The notes: generated by a model not told the origin, from the letters alone. Shown: positions 1 to 7,939, counted from the first letter of the stretch. The stretch is 32,000 nucleotides of DNA from Nitrosopumilus maritimus SCM1 (GCF_000018465.1 NC_010085.1:1170001-1202000), one strand, 5' to 3'. Numbers and translations are program-made.

Positions 1-132
1 AGCCTGAACCATCAAACGGAATCAAAATCTTTTCCAATAAAGTATGACATTATTTTGAATATTTATTCTTAAATTCAAAAATCAGGTATGATAATTATAG
101 ATTCTAGTTCAGAACTTTGGTAGGTAAAATTT

Positions 133-906
133 TCAGTGTTTAGGCAGATTGTTTTCATCCAGATATGCATCCCATGCAATGATGCCACCTTCTAAAACCT
201 GAAAGTCAATTCCATGTTGTGCCAACTCGTATGTTGCTATGGTTGCACGATTGCCAGAACCACAAATAATTACTACTGGTTTATCAGTTGGGATTTCAGA
301 CAAATTTTCTTCAATAAAGATATCTGCTAATGGAATGTTTTTGCTTCCTGAAATCATGGTAACTTCTAATTCAGAAGGTTCTCGTACATCAAGAAGATAA
401 ACGTCATCTTGATTTTGTAATTGTTCATAGAGTTCTTCTGAAGAGGTTACAGTTGGAGTCATCTTTGTTGAAAGGTTTTCATCCCAAGACTGTATCCCAT
501 CAACAAGAAAAGAGGTTTTAATTCCTGCATCATTCATAATTTGTGCTGAGTTTAATGCACTACTTTGGGAATCTCCAACAAGAACGACATGCATATTTTG
601 TGTTACTTCAGGAATTCTGCCAAACATTGTTTTGATTCTCTTATCAAGTGTTGCACCTTCCATTACATCAACTGAAGAACCTGCAATATGTCCATCCACA
701 TATGAGTTTGAATTCCGCATATCAATTACTACTAGATTAGGATCAAGTGTCATTTGTTGTTCTAGTTCACTTGAGGATATTGAAAATGGTTGATCAATAG
801 GGATTGCTGAAGGAGTTGGTTCAACTTCATATCCGATAAATCCTGCAGCCATTGCAATTACCACAATTACAGCAATTCCAATTCCTACAGGTATTACTTT
901 ATTCAA
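133..906 (-). CDS. Membrane-anchored tandem-rhodanese sulfurtransferase
   Basis: One N-terminal hydrophobic helix (VIPVGIGIAVIVVIAMAAGFIG) followed by two rhodanese-like halves. Only the C-terminal half has the active-site loop CGSGNRAT; the first half has Asp at that position (VLVGDSQSS). The only canonical start in frame is TTG at 906, with a stop four codons upstream. Confidence 0.75.
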   Translation of the reverse strand: MNKVIPVGIGIAVIVVIAMAAGFIGYEVEPTPSAIPIDQPFSISSSELEQQMTLDPNLVVIDMRNSNSYVDGHIAGSSVDVMEGATLDKRIKTMFGRIPEVTQNMHVVLVGDSQSSALNSAQIMNDAGIKTSFLVDGIQSWDENLSTKMTPTVTSSEELYEQLQNQDDVYLLDVREPSELEVTMISGSKNIPLADIFIEENLSEIPTDKPVVIICGSGNRATIATYELAQHGIDFQVLEGGIIAWDAYLDENNLPKH

Positions 907-970
907 TGAGATAATTTACTCTGAGCTTTACTTAAAGATAATCAAATGCTTTGAGAGTTGAATCAATCAT

Positions 971-1528
971 ATGAAATTTTTTCAGAGAAATGTATCAAAG
1001 TTGATATGTAAAAAACATCTAATCTATACATTGGATAGAAAGACAAAGATTCTAAAAATTATTCAAGCAAATCCTGGAATCCATGTTAGGGGAGTGATAA
1101 AAGAGTCTAGTTTTGAAAATGGTGTAGTTACACATTATTTGAGACAGTTAACAGAAGATGGAGTCGTAAGGACACAGAAACGTTCTAGATATCATAGGTA
1201 CTATCCAGTAGATGTTGAAGAAAAAGAGTTCCCAGTAATTAGGAATATGCGCAAGCCAACAAAAAAAGAGATACTCTTTAGAATTATGGTAGAAGGTAAT
1301 CCATCATTCAAAGATCTTACCCTAAAAATTGACAAAAGTCCTTCAACAATATCCTGGAATGTATCTGAACTTGTGAAAGAAGGAGTAGTTGAGAAATGCA
1401 AAAAAGATGGCAAGCAATGTTACAGGGTAAAAGACAAAGAACTTTTCAAAAAAACATTCAAAAAAGAATTCACTAAATTATTTGATGAAAAACTAGAGCA
1501 CTCTGAAGATATCTTTTTGGCATTATAG
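971..1528 (+). CDS. Transcriptional regulator with two winged-helix (ArsR/MarR-like) domains
   Basis: Two HTH-like segments: IIQANPGIHVRGVIKESSFENGVVTHYLRQLTEDGVV and FKDLTLKIDKSPSTISWNVSELVKEGVV. Clear paralog of the ORF at 4343-4807. Confidence 0.6.
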   Translation: MKFFQRNVSKLICKKHLIYTLDRKTKILKIIQANPGIHVRGVIKESSFENGVVTHYLRQLTEDGVVRTQKRSRYHRYYPVDVEEKEFPVIRNMRKPTKKEILFRIMVEGNPSFKDLTLKIDKSPSTISWNVSELVKEGVVEKCKKDGKQCYRVKDKELFKKTFKKEFTKLFDEKLEHSEDIFLAL

Positions 1529-1586
1529 TGGTACATTCGACAAAATCGCCAAACCTGCTTTTTATCATAATGTGCTAGTTTTCACA

Positions 1587-2039
1587 ATGAAAGGATATCT
1601 AAAATATTCACTGTCTATTCCAGTGTTTGCAGCAGTATTTCTGCTTGCAGTAACTGCATTGCCAGCACAAGAACAACCTGCTGATGCATATGCAAGAACA
1701 GTAATGGTCCACATTACATCTGATGAGAATCACAGGGTATTGATGGGGGTTCAACATGCAAAGGCAATGCTAGATAGTGGAAAAAATGTTGCAGTTCTAC
1801 TTGATGTAGATGGCGTAAAAGCAGGGGTTAATCAACCAGACTCAAATCTATCTGCATCCAATGATCTTCTACAGCAATTTCTTGCAGACGGTGGAAGAGT
1901 AATTGCATGTCAGCACTGTGTTGGCATGGCAGGTTTCAGTATGAGTGATATGCTCCCAGGAGTTGAAATTGATTCACATCCAAACATGCCTAAAATGCAG
2001 AGATTGATTGATTCAGGTGCAGTAATCTTAGATTACTAA
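1587..2039 (+). CDS. DsrE/DsrF-like (COG1416-like) protein with an N-terminal Sec-type signal or anchor
   Basis: Pattern VMVHITSDE...NVAVLLDVDGV...GGRVIACQHCVGMAG...SGAVILDY resembles the DsrE-fold family. N-terminus is MKGYLKYSLSIPVFAAVFLLAVTALPAQEQPADAYA. The ORF track starts at GTG 1572; ATG 1587 is preferred. Confidence 0.55.
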   Translation: MKGYLKYSLSIPVFAAVFLLAVTALPAQEQPADAYARTVMVHITSDENHRVLMGVQHAKAMLDSGKNVAVLLDVDGVKAGVNQPDSNLSASNDLLQQFLADGGRVIACQHCVGMAGFSMSDMLPGVEIDSHPNMPKMQRLIDSGAVILDY

Positions 2040-2042
2040 TCC

Positions 2043-2055
2043 TTTTTTATTTTTT
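2043..2055 (+). terminator. Oligo-T tract (T6 A T6) just after the DsrE-like stop codon
   Basis: Sequence ccTTTTTTaTTTTTTaa lies 4 nt after the stop; archaeal termination commonly occurs at T-runs. Confidence 0.3.
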
Positions 2056-2120
2056 AATTTGAAAATCATTCGATAATGTCTCCAATTATTATTTAAGAAA
2101 TTTTGACGTAATAAAATCAA

Positions 2121-2441
2121 ATGTTAGAACAAAAAACAACTCAAAAAAAACCACCAGTAATTCCAGTGATTGCATTGATGGCAGGAGGATTAGCTGTTAT
2201 GCTAATTCTATTGTTAACGCCATGGAACTTTGTTCCAGTAGAAGTAACTGAAGCCATAACTGTACTTGAAGTTACAGAGTATGGTTGTGTTGGAGAATCA
2301 ATGTATGGTGTAAGTGTCGTAGTCTCTGAGTGTAGCGCAAAGGTAGGCGATGTTGTTTCAGCCTCATTTTACATTCCAGCAATGGAAGTAAACGGATTCT
2401 ATGACAAAGTTCAAGAAAGAGTCATGGCAGTTCAACCATAG
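2121..2441 (+). CDS. Hypothetical single-pass membrane protein with a small external two-Cys domain
   Basis: Basic N-terminus (KKPP), then the TM helix VIPVIALMAGGLAVMLILLL, then about 65 aa containing YGCVGE and SECSAK. Followed by a T-rich tract at 2446-2467. Confidence 0.5.
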   Translation: MLEQKTTQKKPPVIPVIALMAGGLAVMLILLLTPWNFVPVEVTEAITVLEVTEYGCVGESMYGVSVVVSECSAKVGDVVSASFYIPAMEVNGFYDKVQERVMAVQP

Positions 2442-2482
2442 ACAATTTCTTTTTTCTTTTTTTATTTCTAGTAAGAAATCAT

Positions 2483-2632
2483 TTAATCTTCAAACTCAGA
2501 TTCTGGAATTTTTTTATCTCCATTTTTTACATGGATTGAATTATGTTTTAATTTACAATCTGAACACATAACCATTCCACAATACATGCACATTACAGTA
2601 TGAACTGTAAGATGAGTACATCTTAGAGGCAT
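2483..2632 (-). CDS. Unannotated 49-aa Cys/His-rich small ORF (putative zinc-binding)
   Basis: Hand translation: MPLRCTHLTVHTVMCMYCGMVMCSDCKLKHNSIHVKNGDKKIPESEFED. Ligand spacing is C-x-H-x3-H-x3-C-x2-C-x4-C-x2-C-x3-H-x3-H. It is below the ORF-track size cutoff and sits in an unusually long 484-nt gap. Confidence 0.3.
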   Translation of the reverse strand: MPLRCTHLTVHTVMCMYCGMVMCSDCKLKHNSIHVKNGDKKIPESEFED

Positions 2633-2719
2633 GATTTTACCAGTCAATTATCAGAGTGATGGAGTTAGCACTCATAAAGAATTCGGAGTGTTTTTAAGAA
2701 AATCTTACAGAATGGTTTC

Positions 2720-2881
2720 ATGGATTTGAATACATTTTTTGGGTTGTGGATGGCAGGTTCAATTGTATTCATTGGAATTTCAGCATACAAATCAAGACAC
2801 ATAGACATTAGCAAATCAATTAGAAAACCAACAAAACCAACTTGGCCTAGAACAGAATTAGAAGAAGTTTTTGGAGTTTAG
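2720..2881 (+). CDS. Unannotated 53-aa small membrane ORF
   Basis: Hand translation: MDLNTFFGLWMAGSIVFIGISAYKSRHIDISKSIRKPTKPTWPRTELEEVFGV. One hydrophobic helix followed by a basic tail. An AT-rich TATA-like stretch lies 20-30 nt upstream. Confidence 0.3.
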   Translation: MDLNTFFGLWMAGSIVFIGISAYKSRHIDISKSIRKPTKPTWPRTELEEVFGV

Positions 2882-2925
2882 AAAAAATAAAAGAAAAAAT
2901 GATTTGGAATAGTCAATTAATCACG

Positions 2926-3585
2926 TTAATCGTCTTTATCGTCGTTATTGTGATTAGACTTTTTTCCTTTTGCTGGGAATTTGCCGTCATCAATGTCAGC
3001 AGTACAACCAAAGCCTCCAAACCATGAAGGATTGTTGAATGCTGAGCCTCCGTCAGGAGCATCACGACAAATTGCCTTTACATCTATTGGAACATCCATT
3101 ACACCAAAGTAGTCAACAGTTCCAGTTACATGGTAACCATAGATTCCTGGTTGTGCTAGAATTTGTCTAGCATAATAATGACCTGGATCACCATGAACAC
3201 CGCCAACATCAGCATCTTTTACTAAAGGTTTGAAACCTTTTTCCACTGCTTTGTTGTACTGTCTATCATTTTTGTAATAGAATTTGTCAACTTTCAAATC
3301 AGCTTCTGCAAGATTTAGTTTAGTTCTAGTGTCACTAATGAATAACTCCATGTTATGTTCACCAGACCATTTTCCTGCTTCTTGTGCTCTTGTTGGTTCG
3401 TTGCTATGTCCCATGATAATTGTGATAAAACGTTGATCACCGTTTGGCAAAGTAAATGAAACTACTTGTCCACCGTGTGCAAAGGCTTCCTCAGATGAAG
3501 CAACTGAAAACAACATTACTGTTGCAACAGATGCAATCATAAACATTGAAGTATTCTTTGAGAACATTTTAGTCATGACCTCCAT
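2926..3585 (-). CDS. Secreted protein of unknown function with predicted N-terminal His after signal cleavage and an acidic tail
   Basis: Signal-like N-terminus ...MFMIASVATVMLFSVASSEEAFA followed by HGGQVVSF. Two Cys (AICRD, FGCTAD); C-terminal tail KKSNHNNDDKDD. Alternative starts at 3576 and 3567. A GGAGG at 3579-3583 would serve ATG 3567. Confidence 0.6.
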   Translation of the reverse strand: MEVMTKMFSKNTSMFMIASVATVMLFSVASSEEAFAHGGQVVSFTLPNGDQRFITIIMGHSNEPTRAQEAGKWSGEHNMELFISDTRTKLNLAEADLKVDKFYYKNDRQYNKAVEKGFKPLVKDADVGGVHGDPGHYYARQILAQPGIYGYHVTGTVDYFGVMDVPIDVKAICRDAPDGGSAFNNPSWFGGFGCTADIDDGKFPAKGKKSNHNNDDKDD

Positions 3586-4213
3586 GTCCTAATCCATCGT
3601 TATCATGTTCGTCATCATTTAGGTCATAGATTGTGTTAGCACTCAAGTCAACATATGGACCATCCGTATATGGAGCATCAGCAATGTTTCCTAGAACGCT
3701 TTGGATATTGATATCAACAATGTGTTGTCCAGAGAATGTAACATCAGAGGTTCCCAGATTAGCAATTGCTATATCAGTAACTCTTGGTGCTCCACCATTA
3801 AGTGGATCTGGAATATGTGCATGCCATACACATCTGTTGTCTCCGTTGGAAACCAGATCAATGTAGAATAATGGCATTGGCTCAATATGGGTAGCGCTGT
3901 TGTGCTCATCAATATGTCCGGCAATTACTGCAACTCTTGGTGCATTTGTATCGTCGTCTACAGGTACACATTCATCAGTTAGTAAGAAATGGCCAGATAC
4001 AAAATTTGGACTTGCATCGTACAAAGGCATGACCTCACCAGGTCCCAATGTAATACCATTCAAAGAGATGTGTGTGTTATCAGGAATATTATCACCTGAT
4101 ACTCCAGCCTCAAAGCTGTGACTTGCAAATGAATAACCACCAAATGCTAACGCAATTGTTAGAATTGCAGTGCCTGCAATCATAGATGTTTTTTTCTGTG
4201 TTAGAAAAGTCAT
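3569..4213 (-). CDS. Secreted or anchored His-rich protein of unknown function
   Basis: N-terminal hydrophobic segment MIAGTAILTIALAFGGYSFA. His clusters GHIDEHNSATH and WHAHIPD; two Cys; C-terminal tail NDDEHDNDGLGHGGHD. Its stop abuts or overlaps the start of the next ORF. Confidence 0.6.
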   Translation of the reverse strand: MTFLTQKKTSMIAGTAILTIALAFGGYSFASHSFEAGVSGDNIPDNTHISLNGITLGPGEVMPLYDASPNFVSGHFLLTDECVPVDDDTNAPRVAVIAGHIDEHNSATHIEPMPLFYIDLVSNGDNRCVWHAHIPDPLNGGAPRVTDIAIANLGTSDVTFSGQHIVDINIQSVLGNIADAPYTDGPYVDLSANTIYDLNDDEHDNDGLGHGGHD

Positions 4214-4342
4214 TGAATTTAATTTTTCAATTATATTAAAAACAAAATTGGTACATTAGTAACTTGTACTGGTAGATTAGAAATAATCATTTTACGTTTG
4301 TAAAACATACCAGTATTGCAATTTTTAAAGTTGTTTTCAAAA

Positions 4343-4807
4343 TTATTTGTAAGAATTATTGATTTGACATTTTTTAATTAATTTTTTCAGCGTAGAATTT
4401 CTTTTAAGATAATATTTTTTTTCAGAATTTTCAAGTTTCAAAACCACTAAATCAGACGCTATTAGTTTAGATAAATTCTGAGAAATAGTTGGTGCAGATT
4501 TTCCCACCTTTTCTACAATTCTTTTGAATTTGAGACCATCTGAATCACTTAGTACAGACAAAATACGTCGTGATGTTTCTTTTCTTAAAAAAACAATAAT
4601 CCGGATTTCCTCATGCGTGATTGTAGGCGTAAAAAATCTAGTTTTGTTTTTTTCACGTTCAATTTTGATTGTTCCATTTGATTCTAGTTTAGTCAAATAG
4701 TAAGAAAGAACACCGTTCTTTAATCCAGATACTCGAATTATCTCACTATAGTGTAATCCAGGGTTTTTATGAATTATTTCAGTTAGCATAGATTCTCTAT
4801 CAGACAC
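4343..4807 (-). CDS. Transcriptional regulator with two winged-helix domains (paralog of 971-1528)
   Basis: IIHKNPGLHYSEIIRVSGLKNGVLSYYLTKLESNGTI and FKRIVEKVGKSAPTISQNLSKLIASDLVV align by eye with 971-1528. Start is GTG 4807 or ATG 4789. Confidence 0.6.
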   Translation of the reverse strand: MSDRESMLTEIIHKNPGLHYSEIIRVSGLKNGVLSYYLTKLESNGTIKIEREKNKTRFFTPTITHEEIRIIVFLRKETSRRILSVLSDSDGLKFKRIVEKVGKSAPTISQNLSKLIASDLVVLKLENSEKKYYLKRNSTLKKLIKKCQINNSYK

Positions 4808-4916
4808 ACAGACGATTTTTCAAAAATGGTGAAAAAACAACTGGTTCATTTGTCAAATGTACTGGTTTATTCAGAAAATTAACCATAGACTCAGCGCCTA
4901 TGTTTTTGTTCAATCA

Positions 4917-5300
4917 CTAGGGTTTAACATCTGGAAGTGAAGTAAATGCAGAATTTACTTCTCGAACTATATCTTGAGCGTTGGCATCTCGTTCTGCAGA
5001 TATCAATACAAGATATTCTTTAGTTGGAATGCTGATCATAGTGACATTAGTACGTCTTGAAACAATGTAATCAATAGAACCTAATTTTTCATCAAAATCT
5101 TTTCGCATCATATATTCTAGCATTAATTGAACATACATTCTACGATTTTCCTTATCAGGAAGAAAAGATGTTACACCTTCTTTAAAATTGCCTGCAATTT
5201 TGCTGCCCATATTGTTTATCACACCAACAAATCGAATTTTGGGCAATTCTAGAATTTTCTGACAAGATTGCTCAAATTTTGTAATTTCATCAGAAGACAT
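4917..5300 (-). CDS. Small cytoplasmic protein, possibly Roadblock/LC7-like
   Basis: 127 aa with no hydrophobic segment. The pattern IRFVGVINNMGSKIAG...VTMISIPTKEYLVLISAERDANAQDIV loosely resembles Roadblock/LC7 (MglB-like) domains. Family assignment is unverified. Confidence 0.45.
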   Translation of the reverse strand: MSSDEITKFEQSCQKILELPKIRFVGVINNMGSKIAGNFKEGVTSFLPDKENRRMYVQLMLEYMMRKDFDEKLGSIDYIVSRRTNVTMISIPTKEYLVLISAERDANAQDIVREVNSAFTSLPDVKP

Positions 5301-5355
5301 GAGTTATCTAAGACAGTATAGAATAAAAATAATAATTTTTTTCTTTTTTTTTTGA

Positions 5356-6123
5356 TTAACGTAATCCCCATCTGGACATTACCTTGTCTTCTAATTTCTT
5401 AAAGACAACACCATCTACTGCAAGTCCGATTCCCATGATTACAAGCATTATTGCAATTACTTGAGAAACATCATTTAGTGAACGTCCTGCATTGAGCAAA
5501 AAGCCCAGTCCTAGGAATGAAAACAGAATTTCAGCACCAATTACACCTCTCCAAGCAAAGGCCCAGCCTTGCTTAAAGCCTGAAATCATGTATGGAAATG
5601 CAGCTGGGATCAGCACAGCAGTAACTAGCTGACTGCCCTTTGCACCCATATTTCTTGCAGCTTCAATAAAGTGAGGATTGATGTTTTTGACACCAGTGTA
5701 GGTGTTAATGGTTACAGCAAAGATTGCACCAATTGCAGTAACAAAGATAATTCCTGCATCAGTCAAACCAAACCAAAGAATTGCAAGTGGCACCCATGCA
5801 ATTGATGGAATTGATTGTAAGCCCAATACCAAAGAACCAACAGTTTGATTTACAACTTCAACTCTTGCCATGAAAATTCCTAAAACAATGCCACCAGCAA
5901 TTGCAATTGCAAGTCCAACTGCCAATCTCCACATACTAGTTGCAATACCATAAAACAAGCTTCCATCAGCTGCACCATATGCCAAGTCTTCAGCTACCTC
6001 ATATGGAGATGGAAAAACATTATCAGGCCAAAGTCCAGTCATTGCAGTTATTTGCCAAACAGCGATAATACCAATGTAAAATGCAATTCTGTGAGGGGTG
6101 TAATTCTTTGCCATATCAATCAC
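5356..6123 (-). CDS. ABC transporter permease, NitT/TauT (nitrate/sulfonate/bicarbonate/taurine) family
   Basis: Multi-pass membrane protein with a BPD-type permease core (EAARNMGAKGSQLVTAVLIPAAFPYMISG). The GTG start forms a GTGA overlap with the ATPase stop; ATG 6114 is an alternative. Confidence 0.85.
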   Translation of the reverse strand: MIDMAKNYTPHRIAFYIGIIAVWQITAMTGLWPDNVFPSPYEVAEDLAYGAADGSLFYGIATSMWRLAVGLAIAIAGGIVLGIFMARVEVVNQTVGSLVLGLQSIPSIAWVPLAILWFGLTDAGIIFVTAIGAIFAVTINTYTGVKNINPHFIEAARNMGAKGSQLVTAVLIPAAFPYMISGFKQGWAFAWRGVIGAEILFSFLGLGFLLNAGRSLNDVSQVIAIMLVIMGIGLAVDGVVFKKLEDKVMSRWGLR

Positions 6124-6884
6124 TGTTTGTTTTTCTTTACCTCAGGTCTTAGTTCAGATAGCAAGTCTTGTTGGAATTTTAATAATGATTCATCTTCAGA
6201 AACTCTTGGTCTAGGAAAATCATTTTCAACTTCTTTTTTGATTGTTGATGGACGGTTACTAAAAACAGCAACTTTGGTTCCAAGTACTGCAGCTTCTGCA
6301 ACACTATGAGTTACAAACAGAATAGTCTTTTTTGTTTTCTCCCAGATCAACTGCATCTCAACTAACAACAAATCACGAGTTTGTGCATCAAGTGCTGCAA
6401 ATGGTTCATCCATTAGTAATACGTCAGGATCCATCACAAGAGCTCTTGCTATTGCTACACGTTGTTTCATTCCTGTTGAAAGTTGGTAAGTGTACGAATC
6501 AGTGAATTTTGTTAATTGCATCATGTCAAGATATCTGTGAGATATCTTTGCACGTTCTTCTTTTGGAATTCCGGCCATCTTTAGTCCAAACTCTACGTTG
6601 TCTTGGACTGTAAGCCACGGAAACAATGCACCTTCTTGGAAGACCATGATTCTTTCAGGTCCAGTCTCACTTACAGGACGGCCATCAAAGAGAATTTGAC
6701 CCTCATCAGGCTTTTCCAAGCCTGCAACTATGCGCAAAAATGTCGACTTTCCACATCCAGAGGGCCCAATCAAACATACAAAGTCACCAGACTCTACTTT
6801 GAGGTCTACTCCACCTAGAGCCTTGAGCTTGTGAGAATCATGGCTAAAGTACTTTACAATATTTTTGGCCTCTAGTTTGGTCAT
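6120..6884 (-). CDS. ABC transporter ATP-binding protein, NitT/TauT family
   Basis: Walker A GPSGCGKST, signature LSTGMKQR, Walker B LLMDEPF, H-loop VTHS. Its start overlaps the stop of the binding-protein gene by 1 nt. Confidence 0.9.
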   Translation of the reverse strand: MTKLEAKNIVKYFSHDSHKLKALGGVDLKVESGDFVCLIGPSGCGKSTFLRIVAGLEKPDEGQILFDGRPVSETGPERIMVFQEGALFPWLTVQDNVEFGLKMAGIPKEERAKISHRYLDMMQLTKFTDSYTYQLSTGMKQRVAIARALVMDPDVLLMDEPFAALDAQTRDLLLVEMQLIWEKTKKTILFVTHSVAEAAVLGTKVAVFSNRPSTIKKEVENDFPRPRVSEDESLLKFQQDLLSELRPEVKKNKQ

Positions 6885-7909
6885 TACGTGCTGGCCTCCT
6901 CTAGAGAATTTGTATCAAAGCTGTAAAAAATTCCAGACAAATCATATCCATTTCTTCCAAGATATCCCAAAGTATCTGCTTTTTCAGCAAATGAGACCAC
7001 AGAGTTTGGTTTTGGATCTGCAGTTATCATAATGTTGGATAGTGCAACATCTACAACATCATCAGAAAGTGATTGTCCCAAGTAAGAATCAAGAAAGTCA
7101 TTGAAAACATTTCTAGTTTCTATAGGATTTGATTCAATCCAAATTTGCGTTTCATGATGTGCACGAATATAGTCAGCCCATACTACACTGTTTTTATCAA
7201 TGTAATCTACATTTCCAATTAAGAGAACAGATGCAAACTCTTTGTCAGGCCAAAGTTCTTCTTCATGGAATAATCTTTTTCCATCAAGTTCGGTTTCTAA
7301 AATTGTTGCCCAAGGTTCTGCAACCCATGCACCATCAATGTCACCTTTTACAAACAAAGTATAGATGTCAGGGTTTGGAATATTATATACAACAACGTTT
7401 CCACCTTTCTCAGCTGGCTTTAGTTGGTTTTCAGCCAAAAAATGACGCAGTGAAACATCTTGTGTGTTTCCAATTTGAGGGGCAGCAATCTTTTTTCCTG
7501 CAAAGTCATCTGCAGTGTTTATTTCAGAATCAGGATGTACAATGAAACTTGCACCACCGCTTGCAGCGCCAGCAAGAATTTTTACATTTTGATTATTAGA
7601 ATTCAAAAATCCATTAATTGCAGGTCCAGGACCGACATATGCAATGTCAATAGAGTTTGCAAATAGAGATTCTATTGCTTGAGGTCCGCTATCAAAAACT
7701 TTGGTTTCAATCTTTACATCATCACCAAGATGCTCTGCAAAGAATCCTTTTTCCATCCCTACAATTGGAATGGCATGGCCAATGTTTGGAAAGTAAGCAA
7801 TCCGAATTTTATTTTCATAGGTAGTATCACTAGAGCTAAGAGCAATTCCAAGTGCAGAAAATACGATAATTGCCCCAATTCCTGCAGCAATTACCGAACG
7901 AATTTTCAT
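6884..7909 (-). CDS. ABC transporter substrate-binding protein (NMT1/SsuA-like), N-terminally anchored
   Basis: N-terminal anchor IAAGIGAIIVFSALGIAL. Periplasmic-binding-protein-like sequence (IRIAYFPNIGHA..., DIAYVGPGPAI) and operon context with the ATPase and permease. Confidence 0.8.
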   Translation of the reverse strand: MKIRSVIAAGIGAIIVFSALGIALSSSDTTYENKIRIAYFPNIGHAIPIVGMEKGFFAEHLGDDVKIETKVFDSGPQAIESLFANSIDIAYVGPGPAINGFLNSNNQNVKILAGAASGGASFIVHPDSEINTADDFAGKKIAAPQIGNTQDVSLRHFLAENQLKPAEKGGNVVVYNIPNPDIYTLFVKGDIDGAWVAEPWATILETELDGKRLFHEEELWPDKEFASVLLIGNVDYIDKNSVVWADYIRAHHETQIWIESNPIETRNVFNDFLDSYLGQSLSDDVVDVALSNIMITADPKPNSVVSFAEKADTLGYLGRNGYDLSGIFYSFDTNSLEEAST

Positions 7910-7931
7910 AAAACAGCGTTATATTTGGCGG

Positions 7932-7939
7932 TTAAATAA
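7932..7939 (-). promoter_or_regulatory. TATA-like box (TTATTTAA on the minus strand) for the ABC operon
   Basis: Lies 23-30 nt upstream of ATG 7909, which implies a leaderless or near-leaderless mRNA. Confidence 0.3.

Noticed and set aside
1-72. Open frame running from the window edge to a TAA at 70-72 on the plus strand, possibly the 3' end of an upstream gene.
   Set aside because: Only 23 codons are visible and there is no recognisable motif, so it cannot be distinguished from noncoding sequence.
4249-4866. Recurring short motifs near the paralogous wHTH regulators. TGTACTGGT occurs at 4265-4273 and 4858-4866. The inverted pair TACTGGTA (4267-4274) / TACCAGTA (4308-4315) is also present. 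TGGTACATT occurs at 1529-1537 and 4249-4257, and TACCAGT at 2638-2644.
   Set aside because: Exact 7-9-mers are expected to recur by chance several times in 64 kb of two-strand AT-rich sequence. A related string (TACTGGTTTAT) also occurs inside the rhodanese coding region near 283-293. This is not enough to call an operator without comparative or binding data.
7129-7545. Long antisense ORFs inside confidently assigned genes. Examples: 7129-7545(+), 22648-23067(+), 30274-30660(+), 11102-11410(-), 12698-12991(-), 17659-17940(-), 27431-27691(+), 3633-4121(+).
   Set aside because: Each lies wholly within a gene with strong family motifs on the opposite strand. Their translations are low-complexity (Ser/Leu/Phe/Cys-rich) with no recognisable motifs, which is typical of shadow ORFs.
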